Below are positions 41,701-54,845 of a stretch of DNA of 64,000 bases, one piece after another. The stretch is from Proteromonas lacertae (taxonomy: Eukaryota). The number at the start of each line of letters is the position of its first letter. The first letter of the stretch is position 1. Made by a program: the position numbers and the translations under genes. The notes under the pieces are model-generated. The model saw nothing but the letters and a program-made list of their open reading frames with translations. It made no database searches and was not told the DNA's origin. Location of the stretch: contig NGBS01000588.1 of the NCBI GenBank assembly GCA_002245135.1, positions 1-64,000 on the forward strand, in the 5' to 3' direction.

Positions 41701-42762
41701 TATTTACAAATAATTACAATTTCATGTTTTGCTATTTCAATGTTATTTGGAACAATAGCAAATGGTGGAAATAGAGAGTTTAAATCATTATTTTTCTTAG
41801 TTTATTCTTCATTAGCTTCTATACCTTACAAAGTGAGATTATTATTTTTTGCTTTATATTTTGGAATTGATAATGGAATGTATATTATCTTCCATCATGA
41901 TGGAAATGATTATAAATATTTAATATTTGAAATAGTGTTTGATTTGTGTATTTATATATGTCAATTTTATATGATCAATGAAGAAGAATATTGGTTATTC
42001 AAAAAATTCACCTCTCAAAAGGAAATGTTACATACACAAAAGATATTAGAAATTGAAAGAAAAAGAGCTGATGATTTACTTAGTAATTTACTTCCACCAA
42101 CTATTGCTGCACAATTGAAAAGAGGAGTAAGAGTTGCAGATTCATTTAATGAAGTGACAATATTATTTTCTGATTTGAAAGGGTTTACTGATTTTTCTTC
42201 AACTGTTACACCATCTGAGTTAGTTACATTTTTAAATGCTATGTATGTAGAATTTGATAAAATATTGGTAGCGCATGGCTTATATAAAGTTGAGATTATT
42301 GGTGATGCTTATTTTGCTGTAGCTGGCTGCCCAATCTATCAAGAAGATCATGCAATTCGTGTAGCTTCAGCTGGTCAATGTTTTATTGAAATTATCCCAA
42401 TTATCTGTAAAAGATTAGGTGTTGAAATCTTTATAAGAGTTGGTATGCATACTGGACCAACAGTAGCTGGTGTAGTAGGCATTAAAGATCCAAGATATCA
42501 TTTATTCGGTGATTCTGTTGTTTTAGCTGAAGAAATGGAATCTGGTGGTTTTCCAGGTAAAGTACATTGCAGTGATATTAGTTACAATAAATTAAAGAAT
42601 GATTTTACATGTACACCAAGAGGTTTTAGTGATACTAGTCATGGGAAGATTCGTACTTATTTTGTGGAGCAAGATTGTTCAGGTTGTACTTACCCTTACA
42701 GAATTAAAGTTACTTCATTACCAAAACCTGTTCATAGAAAGAGAAAATTGTCAAAAATATAA
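38777..42762 (+). CDS. Membrane class III nucleotidyl cyclase (TM block-cyclase-TM block-cyclase), probably guanylyl cyclase
   Basis: Two hydrophobic blocks and two cyclase domains (YKVET...PRYKLFGDTVNTSSRMES; YKVEIIGDAY...PRYHLFGDSV); multi-exon, including one AT-AC intron. Confidence 0.9.
39217..39287 (+). other. U12-type AT-AC intron (71 nt)
   Basis: 5' site ATATCCTT, branch site TTTCTTTAAT (39265-39274), 3' end TAC. Removal at phase 0 deletes an in-frame TAA (39241) and restores LVMYL/FFFDIEIK. Confidence 0.85.
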
Positions 42763-43436
42763 AATATAATGTATAATGTATTTTTAATTAATTTATTTAT
42801 TATCAATATATGATTATTCTTCTGATTTTGGGAAATTCAGTTAATCTATGTAAATAGTAATATATTTGATATATATTTAAATATTTAGAAAATTTCTATA
42901 TATTAGCTTTAATAAAGAAAACGGAGTAAATACAAAAAACATCAATATAGGTTCTCCTGCGCAAAAGATATAAATTATTATCTATAAAATTTGGGGGAAG
43001 AATCATAAAAGCAAATATCAGATATATTATAAATAAACATACAAAAATGGTTGTAATAATAATCTGCTATTTTATAGGCATCATCAATCACTTTTCTTTG
43101 ATATATTTTGATACTATAACTGTTTAACACCCTTTGCTCTTTGATTTACCCACTTTTAACCATTTTTAGGAATTTAATAAAATCCATTTTAATTTTCTGT
43201 AAAGCATTGTTCATAATCGGAAAAACTCAAATTCATACTTCATTTATTCTATTTATCACTAGAATATTAAAAATGCAAAAAATAGAATTTTGGTGCTTCA
43301 AAACAGAACCAATTATTTACGCATACCAATTTTTTCAAAAATATAAACACGCTCTGAAACGGCTATAAATCTCATAATTGTATATGATAAAAATAATCAT
43401 CATAGCCTGTATATTATTTTAATATTATTTGTAGTT

Positions 43437-46400
43437 TTGATAATTACTACTTCTACTGCACAGAGTGATTTCAGTTATACAGTCCAAAACCCAGAATATG
43501 TAGTTGGAAGAGCAATTGAGAAGAATACTCCTCAAATTGAAGTATCTGGAGGTGCATTTGAAGTGAAGCCAGCTTTCAGTAGAGGCTTATCTTTGAATCC
43601 AGAAACTGGTGAGATAAGTGGAAGTCCAGTTGAAGAATATCAAGGTGAATTTACTGTTACTTATACGATGCCTGATCAGACTGTAATGAAATCTACATTA
43701 AATATCAAAAGTATAAGTTTATTTTTAAAATTTTTATAGTTTTTGATATTCCTAAGGTAATAACATGTGGAATAACAACATTAAATGTTGGTGTTATAGT
43801 AACTGATTCTTTTAGATGTAAAAGTGATAAGATGGTAACTGGGTGGTCAATTAGCTTTGAACCAGAAGGATCTTATAATGTAGCAATAACAAATGATGGA
43901 ATATTACAATTCAATAATTATGATCCAATAGAAAGATTAACGTATAATTCATTGTGTAATTTATAAATAGAATAAATATAAAAGCTAGTAATCCAGCTAG
44001 TGAAAATGTAACACCAATTCAAATAATTGTATCAAAAATAGCCTTTGAATATAAAACTGGTTTAAATATTGCTGTTGATGATGTTGGCTATATTTTATGT
44101 GGAAATGCTGAGGATATAGAATATATATATTCAAGTATTAACACAGTAATTAATAATCTTGATGGATTAGAAGTGGATAATGCATATAATGTTTGGGATG
44201 AAAAATTGGGTGGATTTTTATCATCTAATAAAGTTGATGCTTGGAATTTCACTATTGAAGCATTGCTAAATGTAGATGTAGATGGTGAATATACATTTGT
44301 TACAAATTCTGATTTTGCATCCTATGAAGTGTATATTGACGATGTAGTAGTGTTTAAATCAGATAAATATGAAGATGAATATAGTTGGGGAATTTATTAT
44401 GGAAGCTGTAGCAAATGGGATAAATCTGAAAAAGAACATATTGTGTCATTGACATCAGGATACAGAAGATTTAAAATAATAGGACATTATAGTACTGAAC
44501 AAGAAGAATGTGACGATGAATATTATTGTGACAGTGTATATGGTGTTACTTATCAACTAAAATTCAGATGGATAAAACCTGGAACGACAAATGAAGTTTC
44601 AATTCCATTTTATCAAGCAAAAACATCATATGATCCTGTTTCATTTTTATCATTTGATAGTGATTATTATACTGTGCCACTATCTACAGATTTTGAAATT
44701 GCATTCAAATTAGGTAAAGGAAAAGCAACAGAATGTGTTGGAGTAGATTCTTTTACTGTTGATCTAGACAATAATATTTTGAAAGGAAATATCAATTTAG
44801 AAAAAGAAATTATGATAAATATGTATTGCAAAACAAGTTCATCAACAACAAATACTGTTTCTATTTCAATTAATGTGATTAATAAATATGTAAAAGGAAT
44901 TGTTGGATATTATTTAAAATCTAATAAATTTGATTCAAGTTGTTCAAAACCATATATTCCATCTACAGAAAATGTGAATATTGAAATAATTCGATTAGAA
45001 GAAGGAATAAATCATCCATATTCATCAGAAGTGAGTGTTTGGAATGGCTTAACTCCAAATTTCGCAAATGAATTTGGAGTAAATTGGGAAGGATATCTTA
45101 AACTTGATGATAATGATAGTTATTCATTCAACTTAACATCTGTATATGGATCATGGTTATATATTGATGATATGGAAATAATAAATCACAAAGGAGTTCA
45201 TGAATGGACTTCAATAACAAAAACTGTAAAATTAGAAGTTGGTTGTCACACCATTAGAGTGAATTACATGAAAAATCTTGGTGAAAGTGGAATAGAATTG
45301 AGAATGAAGAAAGGTGAAAATGATGAATATAAAGAATTGAATGATAATTTATTCTTTATTCCAAGAGGTGATTTTGAATATTTAACTAGTTATGCTGTGT
45401 ATATAAAAGATAAACAAATCGATAATAATATACCTCGAATGAATGGTGGAGGATTACTTAGTGAATGTAAATCAGATCCAACTTTACCGCCTGGTTTAGA
45501 AATCACATCTGATTGCACAATTCGAGGAACTCCTACTTCAATATCTGATAAACATTCTTATGTAATAAATGGTAAATTAAATAATGATAAAACAGTAACC
45601 GCTACAATTCAGATAAGTGTAATAGATAGTGTAACTCCAACAGGTATTCATCTAATCGATTTAGATAATATTGGTGTAATATACACTGATGTTCTAAACT
45701 TGTTTATAGGTAATCTGACTCATTTATCAATCGAAGTTGAAAGTGGTTATGTATTATATTATGAGTTTGAAAGAACTCCTGAAGGATTCAATTTAAACAA
45801 ATTAACAGGTAGTTTAACAATAATTAGTCGAGATTTTTTATCCAATTTTGAATTAATAATAAAGGCATATTATGATGGAAGTAAAACTCCAATCTCTAAA
45901 ACAATCAAAGTGAATGTAACAAAAGGTTGTATAGGAGAGAATGAAGAAAATGTATTTTTCCAATTAGATGGTGATATAGATCCAAAGGAGAGAGAATTTG
46001 AATATCAATTTAGAGATATGAATAGTAATTATTTAACTAATAGAATATTTATACCTGGTGGACCATTTCCATTATATTCTGAATCACTTTGTTTAGTTCC
46101 TGGAGATTATAAATTATACACAAAAGATTACTCGTACTTATCTAAAGGTATGAATTATATATCAATTTATTCAAATGGTAAATTAGTAGATAGTTTAGAA
46201 TTGCAAAATAGTAAATCAAAATTATTCACATTTTCAACAGCAATTAAAGGACCAACTTTAGAGTATGGAGATATAAAAACAGAATATTATTTGAATGATA
46301 TAATAGAATTAATTCCTGAAACAAAATTTCTTGATTATTGTGAAATATCACCAGAATTACCATCTTGTCTAAGTTTCAATACTTCATCATGTGCAATAAT

Positions 46401-49400
46401 TGGAAAAGTGAACGAAACCGTTCCACAAACCAGATATACAATTATAGCTAGTGGAAGATATTTGAAAACAATTGAACATATAAATCTTACATTATATGGT
46501 GAAACAGTAGTTAGTATGTGTAACAAACAGAATAAAGCTCTAATAACTGTATATTTAAATGCAAAAGAAGGATACTATAATCCAAGTAATTTTATATATG
46601 ATCTTTATAAGACTTCTGAATATGAATTTGACAATAAAACAGCATTAATTTCATTAAAAGGATTCAGTGAGAAATGGGATAAAGGTAATGAATATTACTA
46701 TCATTATTGTTTAGATGAAAATGAATATACTTCCGAATATGATAATACTGAATATACTTATGATAAATTAGATAAGAAATATTTTGATATTTCAGTGAAT
46801 GGTATTCCTGTTACAAGAAAGGTTGAAGATGGAAGTGATAGTTTCAGTAGTATTACAGATTATAATTACTCAACAGAATGGGAATATTCAAGTCAATATG
46901 AGAAAGGATGGGATGAGATCGGAAGAGCCAGTGCTTCATGGAAGAAATCTAAATTATCAGATATTGAAAATAAATCTGGAAATGTGATGTATATCCGAAA
47001 GATAGATTCATTTAGTAGTCTTGATAAATATAGTGCATTTGCGTTAAAAGTAAGTTATATAAGCGGAATAATAATAAAAGTGAATGGAAAACAAATCTTT
47101 CGAAATAATTTGCCTGATGGTGAAATATCTCCAGATACAAAAGCTAATAATCGATTTGATGAATTGAGAGATGAAGTTTTTTTATTACCATTAGATTGGT
47201 TAGAAGAAGAAAGAGTGATAATAACTATCGAATTACATAAATTTGAAAATGAGAATAAATTCCCTCAAGTAAGTTCTTCGCTATTGAAGATATTAGGAAG
47301 TAAAGAAGAATGTTTAATATTGAATAAATATGCAAATCCAATAACAGAGACAAATACAACAGGTAATCCTGGCTTTGAAATAAGATATGGATTTGATGAA
47401 AATTCAAATTCCAACAGTCACACTACTTTGGGTTGGGCAATAATGAGATTTAAAGATGGATTTCATTCATACTTTAATCAGTTCAGTATTCATATAGAAG
47501 ACTTTGGAAAACTATCCTGAAGCTTTTTCAGTAGAAGGATATGATAATGATAAAGAATGGAATAAAATAGTGGAATATGAAGGTGTAACATTCCCAGCTG
47601 ATTTAAAGAAAGTATTTACAAACTACAATATGTCAAAAGATATATTCAGCAATAAGAGTAAATATTATTAAGAATAGTGATGATAGTTTAGAAAAAATAC
47701 GAGTTGGTTTAATTGATTTTAATTTTCATTTATGTCCATTCAGATATTGTAAACCATTAGATAATCTTCTTCCTGAAACTCCAACTGGAACTGAAGTGAA
47801 AGTTGGATGTAAGAATCCATCTTTACCAGGAGAAAGAACATTCTATTGTGGAAATGATAAAAAATGGGAAGAAAAGAATTCAACTTGTGATGAAGAACCC
47901 TCAGTGACATTCCAAGAAACCGAATATACATTCAAAGCAGGAACTCGTTATAGAGAAGTAAGTCTATTTAAAGTGAGTGGAAATAATATCAGTTATTCAA
48001 TGAATCCAACAATCGATGGGTTAGAATTAAACAGAACAACAGGATTAATATCTGGAAGACCATATAAAGAACAAGAGGAAGAAGTGATAAAATTCGAATT
48101 TATGAATCATGTGTCAATAAATCCAGTTGTAATCGAAATAAAAATAAGAGTATTGCCATCAGAAAAACCAATATTGATTTGGGTGAATGATTCTATTATA
48201 TTAGAAGCAGGAACAGAATATAAAGATTTAAGATTATTTTATGTAACTGGATTAAATATAACATATACAGTTGATGAATTACCAATGGGTTTAGAATTAG
48301 ATAGTGAAAGTGGTTTATTAAGTGGAATAATTTATGAAGAAAGTTCAATGAAATGTTTAGTAACAGCAAAGAATAAATATGAAACAGAATTTTCAATGAT
48401 AATAAATGTGAAATTACCAATAAAACCAATAAATATAAAATATGATAAAGAAGTGAAAATGATATTTGGAAAGAATCATACCTCAGTACAACCATATGAA
48501 TGTATTGCTAAAACCATTTTATATTCAATTGATCCCTCATTACCAGAAGGATTAGAATTTGATGTAAATAGTGGAATGATAAGTGGAAAAGTGATTATAG
48601 AACCACCAAGTAGTTACGATTATACAATCAAATGTTATAATGATGCTGGAGAAATATCCAATCCAATCACAATAAAAATCGAAGAATCAATTGAACCTAT
48701 CATCATTTCACATATTAATAATATAACAATAGAAGGTGGAATAGAATATAAAGAAGTCAAATTAGGTCGAGTAACAGGAAGGAATTTATTATATAAAATA
48801 ACTCCATATTTACCATATGAAACATTAAAACTGGATAGTTCGAATGGAATGTTGAGTGGTTACATAACAGAAAAGTTTGATCCAATAGAATTAACAATGA
48901 CTATAAGTGGAAGTGGTAAACAAGTTCATTATTCATTCATAATGAGTTCTTTAATTCATGATTATCCAGTAATAGTTGAATCATCCAAAATATCAAATGC
49001 TACATTTGATTTTAGTAAACCAGTGAAGAGTTTCTATTTCTTTAAAGTAGTCGGAACAAATATTTATATAACAGTAGAACCAAAATTACCTGAAGGTTTG
49101 ACATTAGTTCCAGAAACAGGTGAAATATATGGAAGTGTATTAGAATATGTATCTGAAACAAGATACACATTTACAATACAAAATCCTCCATCTCCAATAA
49201 ATGAAACAATCGAAGTAATAATTGGATTTAAAGCTGTTTATTGTGAATCTGATTCTGGTTTTTCAAGAACACCAGCTGAGAGAGGAGGAAAAGAAGTGTC
49301 AATAAAGTGTGGAGGAGCTAATAGTGGAATGAAAAGAAGAAAATGTTTATTAACTGATGATAATAAGGCAGTTTGGAGTATGATAGATGATAGTGAATGT

Positions 49401-49628
49401 TCTATGAGTAATGGAGCAATAGCAGGAATAGCTGTTGGATCAGTTGCAGTTGGATTAATAATAATAATTTTAATAGTATTCTTCTTATTAAGAACAGGAA
49501 TGTTCCGAAGAAGAGCTAGATCGACTTCCACAGTTAGAAGTCATACATTGCACAAGATAATTGTAGATGCACCAGAAAGCACAACACCTCAAGAAGGTAA
49601 AAAAGTAAAAGAAGGAATTCAGGTTTAA
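43437..49628 (+). CDS. Large type-I membrane surface protein with putative-Ig (He_PIG-like) repeats and PA14-like domains (start uncertain)
   Basis: Repeated LP.GL.L...G.ISG motifs; two PA14-like segments (WEGYLKLDDNDSYSFNLTSVYGSWLYIDD); Cys/Trp modules; TM helix GAIAGIAVGSVAVGLIIIILIVFFLL followed by a basic stop-transfer. Indels near 47510 and 47637. Confidence 0.8.
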
Positions 49629-49735
49629 TCTATATCTTCATATATACTGACTTTCAAGTATTCAATATCTGTGTTTTATATAATCAACTAAACAAACACA
49701 CAAATAAAAAATAAAAACATTTGTTTAAATATAGA

Positions 49736-51584
49736 TTAAAAAAATTCAGATTCATCATCATCGTGAATAAATATTTGTAAATTCTTATTAGGATGTTCAG
49801 ATCTAATACTTCTCCTAATCAATTCATAATCAGAAACCATATTTCCCATAATATATAAATTCTGCAATAATTTACATTGACTTAATGGCTTAGGTAATTT
49901 CATTAAACCATCATCAGTCAATTGATTATCATTTACATCTAACAACAATAACTTTGGAACGCATGACAAACTTTGAGTCAAATACTTCAATCCATCATCA
50001 GTTATATCATTTTCCCATAAATAAATTTCAATCAATTTATTCAAACAACTCAAATTCTTAGAGAAATATTGTAAACCTTCATCAGCTATAATATTTCCAC
50101 CCATATTGATGATAGTTAAATTCGATATATAGTGGAAATTATTACTTAACTCTCTCATTCCAATACTGGTTATCTCATTCTGATGTAAACCTAATCTTAA
50201 TAAATTACTTACATATTTCAAATTATTGGCTAAATATAATACTTTATGATCATCAATATGACAAGTCCATACCCACAACTGTTGTAATGATGGTAAATTC
50301 TGTAATTCATTTATTAAACACTTTATACCATTCTCTTTGAGTGGATTTCCTCCTATAGAGATGTATTCCAAATGGCTGATAAACTTCCATCTTTGATTCA
50401 AATATTCCATACCATCATCATGAATATCATTATCAGCTAATACCAACTCCTTTAAATCTTTAATTTTACTAAATTTATCACATAAATATTTCAAGCCTAA
50501 ATCTCCTATTCGTGGTTCACTGAAGAATCTTTCACCATAACCTCCGAATGTATCTTTATTCCATCGAATAGAGATGAATTTTATATCGGAGTTACATGTC
50601 TTTGCATCAATCATATCTTTAATAGCTTTGTCGAGTAAGTCGTAGTTTGGACGAGATGGCATTAGATATTCCTTTATTTCTATTCATAAAAATAAAATAA
50701 AAGTGATTTTAAAAATTGAGAAAAAAAAAAATAATAATAAAATATACTTTCTAATTCAGCCAATATTTCTTTTATTGATAATCTATTCTCCTTTGGATTA
50801 CATAATATTTTCCTCAACAATTTAGTAAAAATAACAGAAGATTTCTCTTCTCTTGATTTGATTTTATCATATTTACATTGTATAATATAATTGGCAATTT
50901 CAAACATTGTTTTCCCTCTAAATGCACATTCTGCAGAATTCATTATATAATAAAATAAACAGCCGAAACTCCATACATCTGATTCCTTATCTACTTCATT
51001 ATCTAATATTAATTCGGGAGAAACATAGTTAATTGTTTGGTAGTTGATCATAGTGGAGGGAGTTGGGTATAATTTGTGTTTGTTATAATCACTTAAGTAC
51101 CAGTGATTGTCTTCCTTACTGAATAGGATGTTAGCTGGGTGAAGATTTCCATGAACGAATTTATTCTCGTGTAAATTAAGTAGACCAGTGCATATGTCTT
51201 TTAACATTTCATAATTATTATACTGAGCTAATGCCGCTGATGTACACAATTTATCTAACGAGGTATAATATCTAGGAGTTATGATTGCCATATAATCTTC
51301 AGTGTGGTTTAAATGAAGGATAGGAACGATGCTTTTAAAACTGAACTTTCGTATTTCATCTAAAACGCTAATATAGGATGCTATTTTGGTTACTGATGTT
51401 GTTTTGGTAGAATAAAGCTTCAGAACATCAAAGCCCTTAGTTTTGTTGTTCTTCACTTCGTAACGCAGACCATCTGGTGCATGTGTAAGTTGTTGAGAAA
51501 CCTATCATTGTATAACAAAAGATCATATACCTCATAGTTCTCTGGCAAAAGTCCTTTGAACGGTAAAGACGGGAAAGAGCCCAT
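49736..51584 (-). CDS. Pseudokinase-LRR protein with N-myristoylation consensus
   Basis: Starts MGSFPS. Kinase fold with HGNLHPAN and SDY in place of HRD and DFG. A phase-1 intron (about 50680-50747) joins it in frame to about 8 regular 28-aa LRRs. Confidence 0.8.
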
Positions 51585-51727
51585 TTTGACCTTTATTTTT
51601 CTATAACAGAAAAACGAAAAGATTAATCAAAATTTTGATTAAAATAAGTTATACCCCCAAATTTAAAAACTTCATAAAAACAAAATATTCTTATAATTAT
51701 ATTAAATGCAATGTAGATACTATCACA

Positions 51728-51735
51728 AACAAACA
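51728..51735 (-). terminator. TGTTTGTT 3'-end/polyadenylation motif
   Basis: Exact octamer 4 nt after the TAA of the LRR gene. Further exact copies lie 3' of the genes ending at 49736 (49691-49698) and 60407 (60381-60388). Confidence 0.6.
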
Positions 51736-51739
51736 ATGA

Positions 51740-52661
51740 TTAACCACACATATACTTCTCGCTGTATATTTTTGGTCTATTTCGAGAAAAGATAAAATTA
51801 AGCTTAGATATCAAAGGTAAATCATGGAAACTAAAATCTGTCAGTACATTTTTACGTTTCTTCTTCAAAGAGATGATTAAATTCAAATAACCAATACAGT
51901 TGATATATGAGTTGTATTTGATATTCAAAATGGTGTTATTGTGATATGTACAATCAATGAATCTAGCAATAGATGGTATGTCAGAGTCAATAATCGAATT
52001 ATCTAATTATATGTCTAAATATATACATACTCTTCAAATCAAGGTATTTAAAAGACGAGACAAATTGAAGTGGGAAGAAGACTCTTTCAGAACTACTAAA
52101 ACGTATGTTGTTGTCTATGAAAATGACAAAATTTAAACAATACTAGACAAATCCAATTTTTCTAACGAAGTACAGCTTGAAAATATGCAATTTAACCCAC
52201 TCAAGTCTTGGGAAGTAAGGTTATTGTTGGAAACGTTTAAATCTTTTAAATGACTGAATTTATATAAATTATCTGATAGAATCTTTATTTCTTCGTAACA
52301 TAAGTTGTTAACTGTAAATTATAATCTCAAAATATCAATACAAGACAAATCTAGTGTAGTTATGTTGTTATAGCTGATCTTAGTGAAGATTCTGTTGAAT
52401 GAATCTTTTTCAAATGTACAATCTATTGAAAAATAGATAATACAAGTGTAAATCAAGAAAATAAATAATTAATACGAGTTATTGACAATGAAACGCATGA
52501 TGATGTTATTCTACTGGATATGTCTTTTGCCATATCATTTGATATATTAGCATCTACAGTAATTATTGATAATCTATACAAGAGACATTTACATATGGTG
52601 AACCACTGCTAAACGGTCCACTGTCAATTTGATGTGATAATAAAGGAAGTTTGATAGACAT
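51740..52661 (-). CDS. Small LRR protein (six exons; largely missed by the ORF track)
   Basis: Five phase-1 GT-AG introns join MSIKLPLLSHQ...ITTLDLS/FNNL...LKDLNVSNNNLT...LEKLDLS/NNNI...YLDLK/NNSI to ORF 51740-51928. Confidence 0.7.
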
Positions 52662-53337
52662 AGAGCTTTAAAACGGAAGTGTAAATTCAAACACAAAAAT
52701 TAAACTAAAAATCATGTGACTGGATTAAAGAATTTACAGTAAACTTTATATAATATTATATGATGTGAATGTGAAATAGACACACTGTTAGTGAAGGATT
52801 AATTAAAAATAAATGTGATTTAAAATACAGAAATTCCTGAAGTGTTTACACTATGTTTTATTTTAATATTTTAATTTTATTTCAATTCATTGGTAAGAAT
52901 GTAATATTTATAACATAATATTATGATTAATCGATGAATAAAAACATTTTTATCAATCAAATCAAAGCTTGAGAAATTATCATTTTGAAAATGCAATTCC
53001 ATTTTTCTCGTGAATGAATGAATGAAATGTGATTATTATTGTATATATGCATATATTTTTTCTTTATTTCAACTTATGCACTTTTATTCGTTAATCCTCT
53101 CCACTCATCTAGAGTAAAACACAGAGGTTATAACTTCATGCGAGTGCTATAACATTATGAGCTGGTTAAATTATCAGTTATATCTTTTGCAATATCTATA
53201 TCAGTTTTTGATATTTATAAACGCATACTTATATTTACTGTCAGTCAACCATCTTACATTTTTATAGATTTGATAATGAAGCATTATGATTATGAAAAAA
53301 GAAATTAAAACACAACATCACAGAATAAATATCAAAA

Positions 53338-54014
53338 TTAATTCAAAGCTTGACATTTCCAAAGTCCATCGTTTAGATAATGGACGGTGTTGATTGCTAT
53401 GCCTTTATTAACTGATTTTCTAAAAAATAATAAATAATCACAATTTCTAAAATATATACATATCTGCTGTTGACATAACTGTATATCCAACTGCACATGC
53501 ATGTACTTTACCTTCTGCATAAATTGCTACAGGTGTATTGGCTTCTAATTCTTCATCTAGTTTTCCTCCTGGTGATGTAAGTCCTGGACACATTATATTA
53601 GCTCCAGATAAAACGAATTTGATTGCACCACGATCTACTTGTACTTTATGCATCATGTCAGGATCTATTTCAATTAATTATTAATTGCATACATTTGTGG
53701 AGTAATCGAAGTGTTGGAAAGAATGGTCCATCTCTTTCATTATAAAATAAAGGTGTATCACCCACAGCAATAATTTGAACATGATCATTGCTATATTTGT
53801 TTAGAACAATTTATTAATACCATTTATAAACCACTACTGGATCTTTCTTTGGAATAATATCATCAATAATTTCTTCAAGATTTGGATATTGTTCTACTAT
53901 TCCCTTTTTAATGCCTCTTCCAACAGAAGACTTAGCTTGACTCCTTGATACAACGTTTTCTTCAACTGAAAACCTATAATAAATGAGAAATAAAGCAAAT
54001 TACTTCTTGAACAT
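53338..54014 (-). CDS. MCTS1: MCT-1/Tma20 PUA-domain translation reinitiation factor
   Basis: MFKK/FSVEENV...KSSVGRGIK...[13 protein letters not shown]...[26 protein letters not shown]...HYLNDGLW; four short introns. Confidence 0.95.
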
Positions 54015-54066
54015 GGTTATTACAATGAAAATTTTTGGTGACCATATTGATTTTAAAAATTTTAAA

Positions 54067-54646
54067 ATGAGAAGATATACTCCTATTGATGATCAGGATA
54101 ATTACAACGACTATGAAAGTTCTGTTTATACAGAAGGTATTCTTTTTTTCAGATTATATGGATTGTAGAAGAGAAAAAGAAACTGAATGATGCTGAATAT
54201 ATAACTAGAAAGATACATGCTGCATTTTGGATAATTGCTGCAGTTTATTATTATTTTTGCAACCAACATTGCTTCAATTATAACAAAGTCTACAAAAATG
54301 AATTGGTATAGTTGTTGAGTTTTATGCTTATGATTAGGGGATTTTTCTATTTTGCTTTACTACTTGTTGGAGTTAGTATTTCAGTAATTTTCTATTTGAC
54401 AATATATTTACCTTGTATACTAAAGAAACACAATGTTGATTGGAATACATACTGTCCTGTATATATTATTTAGATGGTATTATTATTGAATAGAAAATGA
54501 TTTATACTTTGACTATTTCATCAATTTTAGCATCTCTTGCTTTTACTGTTGCATTTTGGCCTCATTTTGGATTGTTTACACCAATTGTATTATTCACACT
54601 GTTTATGGGAGCAATTAGTACTTTGCATTTCATTCCGTCTTTTTAG
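54067..54646 (+). CDS. TMEM128-like multi-pass membrane protein
   Basis: KIHAAFWIIAA...YLTIYLP...DWNTYCP/KMI...VAFWPHFGLFTPIVLFTLFMG; three introns; indel near 54245. Confidence 0.65.
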
Positions 54647-54845
54647 CTCAGTAGATTTGTTTTAAAATATAGTTATTGAAATTCATGTTTATAGTTATTT
54701 TTTGATATGAAATAATGAAATATTCTATTTTGAAATAAAAAACTTGAAAAAGGTTTGAGAAACGTTTTTTAAATTTTTAAAGTAATAGACCGTAATTAGG
54801 ATGCAATCGTATAATGAATATGATCTATAAATCAATAGTTACTCA

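Noticed and set aside
43141..43368. 75-aa ORF upstream of the surface protein
   Set aside because: Non-ATG start, no recognisable motif, and no convincing splice into the downstream gene.
53090..53180. Hairpins (CCTCT...AGAGG) in a long intergenic spacer as a possible snRNA or snoRNA
   Set aside because: No U1-U6, U11/U12, C/D or H/ACA signature could be matched by eye; an Infernal search would be needed.
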